A DNA stretch of 64,000 bases from a bacterium. Its GTDB lineage: Bacteria; SM23-31. Shown here in pieces: positions 21,716-32,913 of the stretch. Every line of letters starts with the position of its first letter. The stretch's first letter is position 1. The notes beneath the pieces were generated by a model. The model ran no database searches. It was not told the DNA's origin and saw only the letters and a program-made list of their open reading frames with translations. The stretch covers positions 1,760,001 to 1,824,000 of the forward strand of contig OZ252239.1 of the NCBI GenBank assembly GCA_965249485.1. The letters run 5' to 3'. The position numbers were made by a program, and so were the translations under genes.

Positions 21716-21750
21716 AAAATAGGGAGTAATGGCGTATTACTCCCTATTTT
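21716..21750. terminator. Intrinsic terminator
   Basis: AAAATAGGGAGTAAT-ggcgt-ATTACTCCCTATTTT perfect 15-bp stem downstream of the gene ending at 21764. Confidence 0.9.
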
Positions 21751-21763
21751 CGTGTTGGTCAGT

Positions 21764-24700
21764 TTACTTCAGAAGCAGTAACTTCCGTGCCTTGGTGAAA
21801 TTGTTGATCTGGAGTTTGTAGATGTAGATACCGCCGGAGACGGGGATACCTGCGTTGTTGGTGGCATCCCAGATGATGGGGTGTTCACCCGCCTGCTGAA
21901 CGGTTTGCACGAGGGACTTCACTTCCTGACCAAGCACATTGAAGATGGTCAGACGCGCAAGCCCGGCTTCCTTGATATGGTATTTTATCGTTGTCGTCGG
22001 GTTGAACGGGTTCGGGTAGTTCGGGAGCAGGTCTTACGTACCGACGATACCAAGAGGAGTAGCACCGGTGTATACGAATTGGAGTGTCTCAATAATACCT
22101 TTCAGTATCAGTTCATTATGTCCGGCCATATCGACATCAGGGGAAAGAGAGCCGCCAAGCCCGTCAGTCAGGAAGTAGACTCCCGCAGCAAGATCAGTAT
22201 TATCCCACCTGAGAATAGTGGATCGGTTGGTACCCAATGAGGTGAGCCTGATAACCGCTTCATATGGCAGTGATTCTGATACATAGAGCTTGTCCGAACC
22301 GTTCGTGTTCTCATACGCAAACCGCGCGAAGAACTTCTGATAGGGTGCCGGGGGAGGAAGTCCGAGCCGTTCATTGATTGAAGCATTCCCGCCATCACCG
22401 GACAGAATCTCGATCTTGTCGCTTCCGTAGTCGGTATATATGTCGATTGGTAACCGGCTGCTCGTCGCGAGGATCGATGCTAATTGCTGAAATCCGCGCT
22501 TCCCTGCTCCGCCGCCGTCTTTTCGGAATGCTATTGTTTCATTCTGACTCAATTTCATCCAGTAACCAAGTCCTTGTCGCAGCGAGTCGGTTACAAGCTC
22601 ATATCCTATGGATGGATTGTTTTTGTAAATTGTCACGATACTGCCAGAAGGATCGTCAATGTCGGTGACCGCAATCGGTTCTGATATTGTTCCTACCAAA
22701 TTCCAGCCCGAACTCAGATTAAGAATCAGGCTGTCGATCGATTCTGCCGTCCTTGTGGTATCGTATGCCGAAGCAAAGTCAACCCAATAGCCGAGTCCCG
22801 GTGAAAACGTGGAATCGGCGATATACGAAACGCCGTCGAACGAGTAGGCAGGCGTGTTTGCTGTCGGGAACACAAACGCTAGTGTACTGTCGATATAGCG
22901 ACCTCCAAGACTTATGAGATTCCAGCCGGTTGCATAATTCATCGCCCAGCTTGTTAACGATGTCGGGCCGACGATTATTTTTATGAAATCAACGGCAGAA
23001 TTGGTTACCGCATGTGTCGTGTCCCGGAGCATATCGACGCTGTTCCCGGGCACCGGTCCCAGCATTTCAAGCAGTGTGAACTTCTGTCCGACATCCGGGA
23101 TCGTGTTCCATGTGACTGTTATGTTGTCCGCCGCATCCGCACGTGTCAGTTCAATATAGAAGAAGAGTGTATCGAATACGGTGTGGCGAATATCGATGAG
23201 TGACCCTTCACCCAGACTGTCGTTCTGCGTGAACCGTGTATCGAAGAATGCGCCGGAGACCGGTTTCGGGGGCAGTTCGACTTCTCCAAGATCGGAATCA
23301 ATGGCCAGAGAACCGATGGGATGAAATCCGAACTGGAGCTGATTCGTTGTCGAACCGTCGTCAAGGTCAATGTTTACGAGGACCGCGGACGAATCACCGG
23401 GAGCGAGCACGAGTGTATCAAGCACGGTCGTATCTGCGGGTGTCGTGATAATTGGTGAGACACTCGCGGTTTTGTAGAATGTCTTCGTAAACTGTGCCGT
23501 ATAATTGCTATCCGGCGGTGCATTTACTAAGTATGAACCGCTTGCACTTGTATTATCCGAGAAATTACCCGGTGTTATAGTGACCAAAACTCCCGGGAGG
23601 GCTTTACCGGTAACAGAATCGATAACGACTCCTGAAACAGAACTCGGAAATTCGGTATTACCCGATTCTGCAGTGGTAAATGAGCTTGAGTCATCCGAAG
23701 ATGAAATAGCCCGGAGTTTGTAATAGATGAAGTCTCCGCTTGGGAGTGGTTCGTGCGTGTATTCCGTGGTGTCGGCAATCACCGTTTTCACGGTAAACGG
23801 CCCTCCAACCGCGGTAGATGTGTCGATCTGTATCGATGCGATGGTATCATCGGTAAATCCACGGTTACCTGCGGTAAACAGCGAAGTATCACCTCCCGCA
23901 AAATCCGCCCTTACTTTGAAATACCGCCCGGCACCTGCCGTAACCGACTGACCGCTCCAGGAAACAACGATCTTATCCTGATAGGTGCCGTCGGTCGCCG
24001 AGAGGCTCGAGGGAGCGTTAGTAATCGCAGGTAATGAAGAATCATTATACGATACTGCCGCAACTCCCGCTGCAAGTGTATCGTAGCCGGCATCGCTGTC
24101 GCCGCTCGACCGCACTACAAGGTATGAACCGAATGTATCGTCGGTAAAGCCGCCGTTCACTGCCGACGTATCGGACGCAACGGTACTGTCAAACGCTACC
24201 ACTTTATAATATAGTTTCGTGCCGCTCGTAACGGTGGCAGCGGGCCATGAAAGCGCTACATGGCTGCCGATCGTGCCGTCCGTCGCAATAACACTATCAG
24301 GTGCATTCAATGTCGGCGACGGTGCTCCCGTGTCATCATAGGTCGTATCATTGACAGAAGTTGTCGAAGTAAGGTATGAATAACTTCCGAGGGAATCAGA
24401 CGAACTGAATACCTGGTAACTGTCAGCTGCGGCAACCACGTTCCACGATACAGCAATTTTATCATGATTATCACCGTCAGTCGCCGTGACACCGGTGGGG
24501 GCAGAGGGAGCACCAGCGGAGTAGTATACGACAAGCATGGGACTAATTTCTTCATCACCATTTTCGGCCGACTTAAAAGTTGAATATGTTGAGGCCAGCC
24601 CAGTACGTTCTTTGAGAATCATTCCGTAGTTTGCTTCTCCTGAAGCACCTCCACTATCCCGATAATCAATCCAATCATTTACGAGTGACCCAAGCCCTGG

Positions 24701-25189
24701 AATTTTCAACGAATCTCCTGCGCCCATTCCGGTATTATCATAATCGAACTTCGAAGTTACAATCGAAGCATCAAATTCGCCTCCATATGGAGACCACTTT
24801 GATGGGTCATCATATTCTTTCCAGTTGCTATTATTCTCATTCCAGCTTCGTGTTATTCTGTGTACATCAATAGTATCTGCACCCACATTGTTTACACTAT
24901 TGTACGTCAGGACAAGAGTTGCAGAATCTATTGCAGAATTACTTGGGATTGAGTCAAGAGGAAATTCAAGAATAGATCTCTGACTTGTTGTGTCGGGGTA
25001 TCCAAAGTATAGAACGCTTAAATTGCCGTATTTAGATGATTGAGATGAAGATAGTCCGAACAAAGAGTTATCTTTCCCAACGGTCGTACTCATTTTGATT
25101 TCAACCGTTGTCTGCGCAAATGCAGCAGTACTCCAAAAAACTAATATAAGTGTTGAAAAAATGGTGATAAGATAGTGACATGTTTTCAT
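21764..25189 (-). pseudogene. Paralogous large T9SS-tail surface protein with a premature TAA at 22034
   Basis: Same architecture as 18088..21547; TAC->TAA relative to the paralog, with the CTD continuing in frame to 21764. Confidence 0.8.
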
Positions 25190-25223
25190 AGAAACCTCCT
25201 GTAAAATTAGTATTAACAAATGG

Positions 25224-26804
25224 TTATACTACATGGTTTGTCATTCGATATTTTACCATAAGCATCCTCCTTGATGTCGCGAGACCATCTGTAGACCGCA
25301 TGCGGTATATATAGATGCCGGATGCAACGCTGCTCCCGGAACTGTTTGTCCCGTTCCAGACGATTTGGTGGTTGCCGTTGGGCATGATCGAGTTGACAAG
25401 CGTTGCCACTTCTCTGCCGAGAACGTCGTAAGTTTTCAGGCTGACCGGTGCGGACAGGGAGAGCGAAAAACCGATGGTCGTTGTGGGATTGAACGGATTA
25501 GGATAGTTCTGAGCGAGAGCGAATTCATGTGGCGGAGAACCGGCTGTGGTACTGCCGGATTCTTCTATCCCGGTGATTATCTGCTCATTCCTGTCGGTCA
25601 CAGCCCAGATCGAAAAATGATCTGTTGTTACGGAGATAGTATTGAGCGCCGTATCGATGGTGTATTCGGGAGTGTGCCAGATGAATCCGCGTGCATCGAG
25701 GGAATCGTAAAACGTTACGGTGAGGTCTGTTTCCCCGATACCGCTTGCCTGAAGGAGCTGGTCGGTGTAAGCAAATGTTATTTCGGCACTGAAGAGATCA
25801 TCCGAAGTCGTGATGTCATAGTAAAATAGATTTCTGTTAAAGAGCGGTACACCCTGAAAAACTGGTGCAGTATCGGAAACACGGTTCAAGGTGAGCGTCT
25901 CGTCACCACCCTGCGGATTTGTGACAGAAATATTGAGCGAGGCGTCGTCGGTATACGAAAGGACAATCGCCGATTCCTCTTCCGATACAATGATCTCCCT
26001 CAGTTCACCAACCTGAGTTAGTTCGTTCAGGACATCGAAACTGCCGGTGAGCATATCAGACAGTCCCCGGTGGTCGGTAACCTTGATTTCGGCAACCACG
26101 TCTGTCCCTTCATCAACGGTGGCAGGAGTTCCTGTAAGCACGCCGCTTTCGGTGACTGTCATCCATGTGGGTCCCGAAATAATCTCATACGCATACCAGC
26201 CATTTGATTCAAGATTTCCGATTGCTACGGGAACATGGTAGGGGATTCCCACGAGAGCATCGTTGAGTGATGAATTCGTAATGTCTGGTGGAATGTAGGT
26301 CGGTGTTACGAAGAGCTTTACCGTATCGAGCAGCGGTTCGGTAATGGTGATCTCGCCGGATGCGGTCATAGCCTGATTGATCAGGATACCACCGAATTTG
26401 TCCTGCAGAATGAATTCACCGGGGGGAAGGCTATTCCATGAGAGTGTAACGGTGTTCTGGCTCGCAGACCGTTTGAATTCGATCGTATAGATTTTTTGAC
26501 CGACATCGGCTCTCCGTATATCGTGCTTTACGCCAAGTCCGAGATCCCCGGATTGATTCGTAAACCGGACATCGAGTACTCCGAAAGGGGGAAGGGGAGG
26601 AAGCTGGGCTTCTCCATGTTGGGCATCAATTCCGTCGGTTGCACTGTTGTTGATCCCTAAAACAAGAGAATCCTGAACAGTCCCGTTTTCGGCAACACCG
26701 ATCATTACTTTCCACTGCTGTCCTGATGCACGGCCTGTCCCGATCAATATGAAAAGGGCACAACAGAGGAGTTTTGCAGAGACAACACTATTTCTTGATT
26801 TCAT
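25224..26804 (-). CDS. Secreted protein with a putative Ig domain and T9SS-type tail
   Basis: Signal peptide, GPTWMTV..SGVLTGTP, TDHFSIWAV, LAQNYPNPFNPTTTIGF; shares the ELPPLPP..DVRF module with its neighbours. Confidence 0.8.
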   Translation of the reverse strand: MKSRNSVVSAKLLCCALFILIGTGRASGQQWKVMIGVAENGTVQDSLVLGINNSATDGIDAQHGEAQLPPLPPFGVLDVRFTNQSGDLGLGVKHDIRRADVGQKIYTIEFKRSASQNTVTLSWNSLPPGEFILQDKFGGILINQAMTASGEITITEPLLDTVKLFVTPTYIPPDITNSSLNDALVGIPYHVPVAIGNLESNGWYAYEIISGPTWMTVTESGVLTGTPATVDEGTDVVAEIKVTDHRGLSDMLTGSFDVLNELTQVGELREIIVSEEESAIVLSYTDDASLNISVTNPQGGDETLTLNRVSDTAPVFQGVPLFNRNLFYYDITTSDDLFSAEITFAYTDQLLQASGIGETDLTVTFYDSLDARGFIWHTPEYTIDTALNTISVTTDHFSIWAVTDRNEQIITGIEESGSTTAGSPPHEFALAQNYPNPFNPTTTIGFSLSLSAPVSLKTYDVLGREVATLVNSIMPNGNHQIVWNGTNSSGSSVASGIYIYRMRSTDGLATSRRMLMVKYRMTNHVV

Positions 26805-26814
26805 AGCATTTCCT

Positions 26815-26934
26815 TTATTTTATGATCATTTTTTCCGGTGAAATTTCAATCACTGGCTGGGCAAAGGCAGTAACACGTACGAAAAGTGTTACGATGACTG
26901 CCAATACAAATACGCAATAGTTTGCATATTTCAT
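26815..26934 (-). pseudogene. Signal-peptide-only remnant of a further surface-protein paralog
   Basis: MKYANYCVFVLAVIVTLFVRVTAFAQPVIEI.. with GAGGAGG RBS, resembling the N-termini at 21547 and 25189. Confidence 0.5.
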
Positions 26935-27520
26935 GACACCTCCTCATGATGGTATAGTTGAAATAGTTGGTTGTTACGATTAGTGAAAATTCCGCATAGT
27001 GCATTACAGTACGAGCCCACACAGAAATCCGGTTAGAATTCGGTTTTCATTGGCACATGAATTCGGTTCATTCCCGGATAGAACCGTGAGTGACACCTGT
27101 ACCTGAATAATTGAAACACAGCCCTGAAAAATCCCTGTCATCCGATGGTATAACGTCAACTCATTCACGTCATCGCGCCACAGGTCACGTCAGGAGCAAT
27201 TTCAAAAATCGCGTACGTTTCCTGTACATAAAATAGGTGGAAATATGGTAAGAAAGTAGGTGGTCGGTAAGCCGGTATTAAATAATGAATACTACAGATC
27301 AAAACACGTGACGGAATTGGAGAAAATCCCAATTCTCGTTTAAATCTGATACTATGCAATGATGTTACAGTAATTATTTGTGGCTATACACAGGAATGCT
27401 GTTCATTCCCTAAACATAGTTGTGGGACAGCTTTTATGCTTTTACACTGATAGGGGTAACCTACCTTTATCACATTGCCCATCACACCAAAATTAGAACC
27501 AATCATTGCTTCCACTTTAT

Positions 27521-27548
27521 ACTATTGATAATATATATTATGTTAATA
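27521..27548 (+). other. dif-like XerC/XerD site
   Basis: ACTATTGATAA-TATATA-TTATGTTAATA: 11-6-11 layout with a canonical XerD-type arm TTATGTTAA, in a gene-free region. Confidence 0.6.
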
Positions 27549-27858
27549 ATGTACATATAATATAACAAAACTTTTCGAATGTCAAGCTTTTTTTTCGGCA
27601 GCAAGTAATTTTTTTCACACTGCCTGCACACGTTGTAGAAGTAGCACATCCGTATGCGCTTTTTCATACGTATATCTCAGCTCAATATCCAGGGATGAGC
27701 AAAAATATGAGTGTTGGTTGATTATTAGATTAATAGGGATAATAGGGCGAGGAATGTAATACAAAAAGGGAGTGGATTGTTGAGGATATATGTGTGGTCA
27801 GGATGAGAAGGGGCGGGCATCCCTTCTTAATGATTTGGTTGCGTCAAAAGAGCGTAGC

Positions 27859-28071
27859 GAGTCAGTTCCTGAACCGACTAATGGTGCTGCCACAGTAACA
27901 GAGTGGAGCGAAAGTAGTGTAAGACACATACCGGAGAGGGATAGGCAGTCTCACATCATATACGATTAGTCAAAATATTTTGGATAGCAAAAAAGGGCAG
28001 CGCTTGAATCGGTGCTGCCCTTTTTTCTACCTTCAAAACAATTACTTCAAGAGTAGTAATTTGCGTGCCAT
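27859..28071 (+). repeat. ~215-bp direct repeat, copy 2 (terminator 27989-28026 plus orphan 'MARKLLLLK*' gene end on the - strand)
   Basis: Alignment to 17904-18117. Confidence 0.9.
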
Positions 28072-28125
28072 TCAGTATAAAGCATTTGTTGATCTGCTCC
28101 TATACGTAAACAGCTATTTTTGAGC

Positions 28126-29872
28126 TTATTGTTTGATTACCGCCGTACCGGTCGGAAATGTGGCCGAAGAAGCAGTTAAGTCATAACTGACATGATCGAC
28201 AGCATCGGAAGGGATTGCACCCGTCAACGGTTTTAATGTAAATGGTAACGGATTATTATCCGGCGATGGTTCAATAGAGATAACCGCGGTCGCTCCGGCA
28301 ATATCGGTCGGGAACGTTAAACCAGCCGGTGCGTCTTCGACAAAGTCCTCACCGGGGAATGGAGGTCCGGAATCCGGTCCGCTGTAAGGATCGTTGTCGT
28401 CAACCTGGTCCAATGCAGTGAATGTACCGCTTGTCACAGGTGTTCCATCCATGACAACCCAGCCTTCATATTTCCAGCCTGCCGGAAGCGTCGGCATTGT
28501 TAAACCGGCACTAGAACCCAAGGCCGTGACCGTCACCGTTCCCGTTACAAAACCCGTACTATTATTATCCATTGTATACACAACATGATCGACAGCATCC
28601 GAAGGGATTGCACCGGTTAAAGGTTTTAACGTAAACGGCGCAGAATCATCATCCGGAAACGGTTCAATAGAGATAACCGCCGTCATTCCGGCAATATCGG
28701 TTGGGAACGTTAAACCGACCGGTGCGTTTACGATAAAGTCCTCACGGGGGAACGGCGGTCCGGCTATGGTACTGCTATACGGTGCCGAATCATCTTCCTG
28801 ATCAACAGCTAAGGAAGGTTCCGGTTGTCACAGGTGTTCCGTCAATGACAACCCAGCCCTCATAGTTCCAACCTGCCGGTAAAGTGGGTAAGGTCAAACC
28901 CGAAACAGGTGATCCGCCTGTTGGATCAAGCCACCATATACCGCTATTTTCATTCGTACTATCGCCGTTTGTCGGTGTTGCTAAAATATAACTGCCTGCT
29001 GCGCTGCTGAAATCGTCTCCCAAAGAAGAACCGTGCATGACATCGAGATTTGCAGCACCACTTGCTATGTCGCCACCAAGGATTTCTGTCGATGATGGAG
29101 TTGTGTCGACATCACCGGCAGGTTCTATCGATAGAACAACGGCACTTGCAGTACTTAAATCCCCACCAACAGTAAATATGCCCTGGTCGATTACCGTCCC
29201 GTCCAGATCGACAAGGTCTCCATTAGAATCGACATTGAATTTCCCCGTGCTTACCGGTACACCATCAACAATCGCCCACCCCTCGTAATGAGAATTATTC
29301 GATAACGGTTCTAATCCGGTGTAACTCATGGTAAAGGTTGTAGCCGGAGGATTCAAGAACCATATTCCGCTGTTTTCATCTGTTGTCACACTTGTCGTCG
29401 GCGTTGCTAAAATATAGGAACCTCCTGAACTTGAATAATCACTTCCCAGTGCGGAACTATGCGCTATGGTTAAACTGGCTGATGTGCCCGAAACATCTCC
29501 GGCCAAAATATGCGTACTTGATGGAATTGCATCGGTATCACCGTCTAGTTCAATCGTTAACACAATTTCCGAAGAATTTGTCAGGTCCGTTCCCGTTTGG
29601 AATTCTGCATCGGCAATCGCTGCTCCATCCAGGTCAACCAAATTTCCTGAACCATCGACATTGAATTTTCCCGTGGTGACAGCGGCGCTATTGATAATCG
29701 CCCACCCCTCATAATGAAATCCGTCGGTAAGTGGATCTAATCCGCTGAAGTTTAACTACAGAGTCATCATATCCGAATCCCCTGGAACTATCGGGTTGTC
29801 ATCATTACTGCATGCAATGCCCATAATCCCGATCAGTAATGCTACTATTGTTACAACATGGTAACGCTTCAT
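28126..29872 (-). pseudogene. Acidic lipoprotein with internally duplicated (H/K/N)YEGW domains; TAG near 29756 and frameshift near 28805
   Basis: Lipobox MGIAC-S; four YEGW(A/V)...TG(K/T)F motifs; duplicated SYILATPT..ENSGIW and PPFPGEDF..AVISIEP units. Confidence 0.7.
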
Positions 29873-30003
29873 GAGGCAATCCTCCCTTTGAAAAATGGTT
29901 TTAATAGTTCGTTCAAATGTTATACTATTAAACGTATTTAATGAGGAAAAATTCCCCGTAAGTCATTGTATTTATATAACAAAAGTATCACGAAAAAGGC
30001 AGG

Positions 30004-30720
30004 TTGTATTTCAGACAAAAATCACAATGCAGTTTTGTCGGAAGGCATGAGATGAATTATTTCGGAAAAGGCATGAAACATCAGGAAGGATGCAACAACA
30101 ATGAATTCAAGTACGGTATTATGAATAATATAATTAGAAAAGCCAGTATAGACTCAAATAAATACAGAAATCTGAGATGGATTTTGGAATGTTTAGGTGT
30201 AAAAGATGATATTCAGTACAGAAAAGTTAGAGATGACTTTGAAAAAATCACTCAAGAAACGAGAAAGAAGCGGAGGCCATTCGCGCAGTTAGATTTCCGT
30301 TTCAGAGATCATGATGGTATTCCGATTGAAGACTACAGTTTTGTTTTAGGAGTTATTGTAAATGGACGAAAGCGACCTTCAAATACTGTTGCTCATTTGC
30401 ATAAAAACACGATTTCAAAGAACCATATTTCAATATTCCTTAATATACATGAACTGGAGCCTAATTTAACGTATTTCTTTGATCTCACTGCCAATACGGA
30501 TACTCCACTCGTTGAATATGACGACAGGTGGACACCGGAAAGAACAGGCAATCAGTTAACGTCTATTATTAGCCAAGACCAGACAACACAAATTGATGTA
30601 AAATTATCCCGCGAACCAAACCGGGAACTGTTCATTTTTCATACAGGTGATGACAAAGACCTGCACGTAAAATGGGATAGATCGGGCATTGTTACTAAAA
30701 AGAGGTTGAAAACTAAGTAA
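30004..30720 (+). CDS. Hypothetical protein, probably a 5'-truncated fragment
   Basis: Open frame with a plausible C-terminal half but no convincing start. Confidence 0.45.
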   Translation: MYFRQKSQCSFVGRHEMNYFGKGMKHQEGCNNNEFKYGIMNNIIRKASIDSNKYRNLRWILECLGVKDDIQYRKVRDDFEKITQETRKKRRPFAQLDFRFRDHDGIPIEDYSFVLGVIVNGRKRPSNTVAHLHKNTISKNHISIFLNIHELEPNLTYFFDLTANTDTPLVEYDDRWTPERTGNQLTSIISQDQTTQIDVKLSREPNRELFIFHTGDDKDLHVKWDRSGIVTKKRLKTK

Positions 30721-30850
30721 TTTACCTGTAATTAACCTATTTGAACATTCGAAGGACTACCCTACTGGACTCGAACTCGTTTTGAAGTTATACTATATAT
30801 CAGAAGTAACTCGGTTTGCTACTTTCACAATTTGTTGTTGTAGCATATCA

Positions 30851-30966
30851 ATTGTTGCGACTTTTGTCTGTATATTCCCGTTTAATCATGTAGATTGGAT
30901 GGTTGTACACTATACGTGTACAGGCTGAACTTTTGTATTAACGGGCGGGAATGTACGTGACGGAAG
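30851..30966 (+). repeat. Direct repeat upstream of terS, copy 1
   Basis: TGCGACTTTTG..TGTATATT.CCGTT.AAT.ATGT and GTGTACAGGCTGAACT...GGCGGGAATGTA shared with 32718-32872. Confidence 0.85.
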
Positions 30967-31475
30967 AATCAAAGAGTCTCACACCGAAACAGGAACTGTT
31001 TGTTCACCACTATATCGCTACGAATTATAACGCGACCGAGGCGGCGATTCTCGCGGGGTATAGCGAAAAAACGGCCGGCGTCATCGGGCACGAAAACCTG
31101 AAAAGACCTGAGATTTTAGAGGCTGTCTCAAAACGGAAGTCGGAGATTGTCGATGCGATCAAGGCGGATACGCTTTTGACGATGCAGCAGTATAAGCGTC
31201 TTGCGGCATTCGACATACGGAAACTCTACCACCCGGACGGAAAATTGAAGGAGATATCCGAACTGGATGACGAGACGGCCGCGGCTGTGTGCGGGGTCGA
31301 TGTGATCGATAAGAAGTACGGTGATAATTTTTATGAGATTGTGAAGTACAAGACGGTGGATAAGAGGGGAGCGCTCGATTCGCTCGCGAAGATCCAGGGA
31401 CTGCTTGTTGACAAGCACCAGTTGTCATTGCATGACGTGGAAATCAATGTGAATCTGGTCGATAATGAAGATTGA
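30951..31475 (+). CDS. terS: Terminase small subunit
   Basis: LTPKQELFV.HY...NATEAAI.AGYSEKTA..IG.ENLKRP; DK.GALDSLAK. Confidence 0.92.
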   Translation: MYVTEESKSLTPKQELFVHHYIATNYNATEAAILAGYSEKTAGVIGHENLKRPEILEAVSKRKSEIVDAIKADTLLTMQQYKRLAAFDIRKLYHPDGKLKEISELDDETAAAVCGVDVIDKKYGDNFYEIVKYKTVDKRGALDSLAKIQGLLVDKHQLSLHDVEINVNLVDNED

Positions 31476-31625
31476 GAACGTCAATTAGGTTTTTTTGTTC
31501 ATTCGTGATTTTCTGGATTTTGTGAGAGTTTAAGAACGATACGGCAACACTTTTTTTATTGCGTTGCCGGGACTTTTAGATTAGATTAAAAATACAAAAT
31601 AAATGAGTCATATACATTCGTTACA

Positions 31626-32156
31626 GTGAGCCTATTAATCATGGTAGAGAAAAATTGGTTTAAGAGACATTTTGTTTGGACAGGAGTCATTGGAGTTACA
31701 GTTTTATTTATTCTGACTGGAATTTTTAGCGGATGTGGAGATAGTGAAGCAAAAAGGATTCAAACAATATTAGAAGGCAGACAAAATTTCCATGTTGTTG
31801 TAACTGATTGGGAAGCTCTTGGTTGGGGAAGGCGCTATAACACTAATACTGATAAAGAAATTGATAGTGATTGGACTAAACTAGAATTATATGTGACTAA
31901 TAACGAACACGGTATTGCATTGGATGGGCTTACTATCGCCGTACATATTAGAACTACCGCCAGTTTACATGGAGATGATACAATTTCGGGAAGATTATTT
32001 ATTGATGTAAGTGATATTAAACCAGGAGATTCTAAAACCATGACTGTTTATTATCCTGCAGATTTTTCTCGAGTTACAGATACACGGTTAATTTATGCTA
32101 CAATTAGAAACGATATTCCAGAAGACAAATATAAGATATTTAAAGAACTACAATAA
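31626..32156 (+). CDS. Membrane-anchored lipoprotein, moron-like, inserted between terS and terL
   Basis: Hydrophobic segment ending FSGC; lower GC than the terminase genes. Confidence 0.65.
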   Translation: MSLLIMVEKNWFKRHFVWTGVIGVTVLFILTGIFSGCGDSEAKRIQTILEGRQNFHVVVTDWEALGWGRRYNTNTDKEIDSDWTKLELYVTNNEHGIALDGLTIAVHIRTTASLHGDDTISGRLFIDVSDIKPGDSKTMTVYYPADFSRVTDTRLIYATIRNDIPEDKYKIFKELQ

Positions 32157-32717
32157 GAATATGGCAAATGACTTATTAAATTCTGGAATTTGGTGAATAT
32201 TTCTTCTATGTAAAAAGGTCTTTTGGTTTCATGAGAAAGATATACATCAATCCCTGCATCATTATAATTGTTTAATTTCCTTTTTCTTCGATTATCCTCG
32301 GTTTCATTACAAATATACATATCAACCCGGGGTCGTAAACCCCATCCTGCATCCAGCACTACAATTGTTAACGTGAGTATAAGACCGATTTCTAAAAATT
32401 GAAAATTTTACAAACTGCGGAGGTTACCATGAGTACACAACCTTATGGGGATTTAGCAAAAATGCACTTGGTTTTACGGACAATTGACTGTTGAAGATAA
32501 CTGCCCGGGTTGAGAACCACAAAAGAACAAGGTTTGCAAAACGTCACACACGGTCCACTTTCTTTGAAAACTGCTTTAGTATCACTTCGAGGGTTCGAAG
32601 GGCGTAGGTGCGATGCGTTGTGCGAAAGGCCCGCCTCACTACTGTTAGATTTTATTGCTGCAGGACATACATTTAAACACCCCCACTACTGTCACAGGTT
32701 GTGGGTGTAGTGGGTCT

Positions 32718-32872
32718 GATTGTGCGACTTTTGGATGTATATTTCCGTTCAATGATGTGGGGCGGATGATTGTGCGGAATGTGAAATACATTGATATAGG
32801 GCTGATTAGTGCGCAGTATATGTGTACAGGCTGAACTATTGATCTAACAGGCGGGAATGTATGAAGACGGAG
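32718..32872 (+). repeat. Direct repeat upstream of terL, copy 2 (includes a remnant of the terS start)
   Basis: ATGTATGAAGACGGAG vs terS ATGTACGTGACGGAAG, plus the shared upstream blocks. Confidence 0.85.
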
Positions 32873-32913
32873 CGGAGGATACATTTTGTTCCGGGAATAT
32901 GCTATGCTATACT

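Noticed and set aside
18088..22350. Diversity-generating retroelement TR/VR pair in the duplicated C-termini
   Set aside because: No reverse transcriptase in the window, and the differences look mostly synonymous rather than adenine-specific
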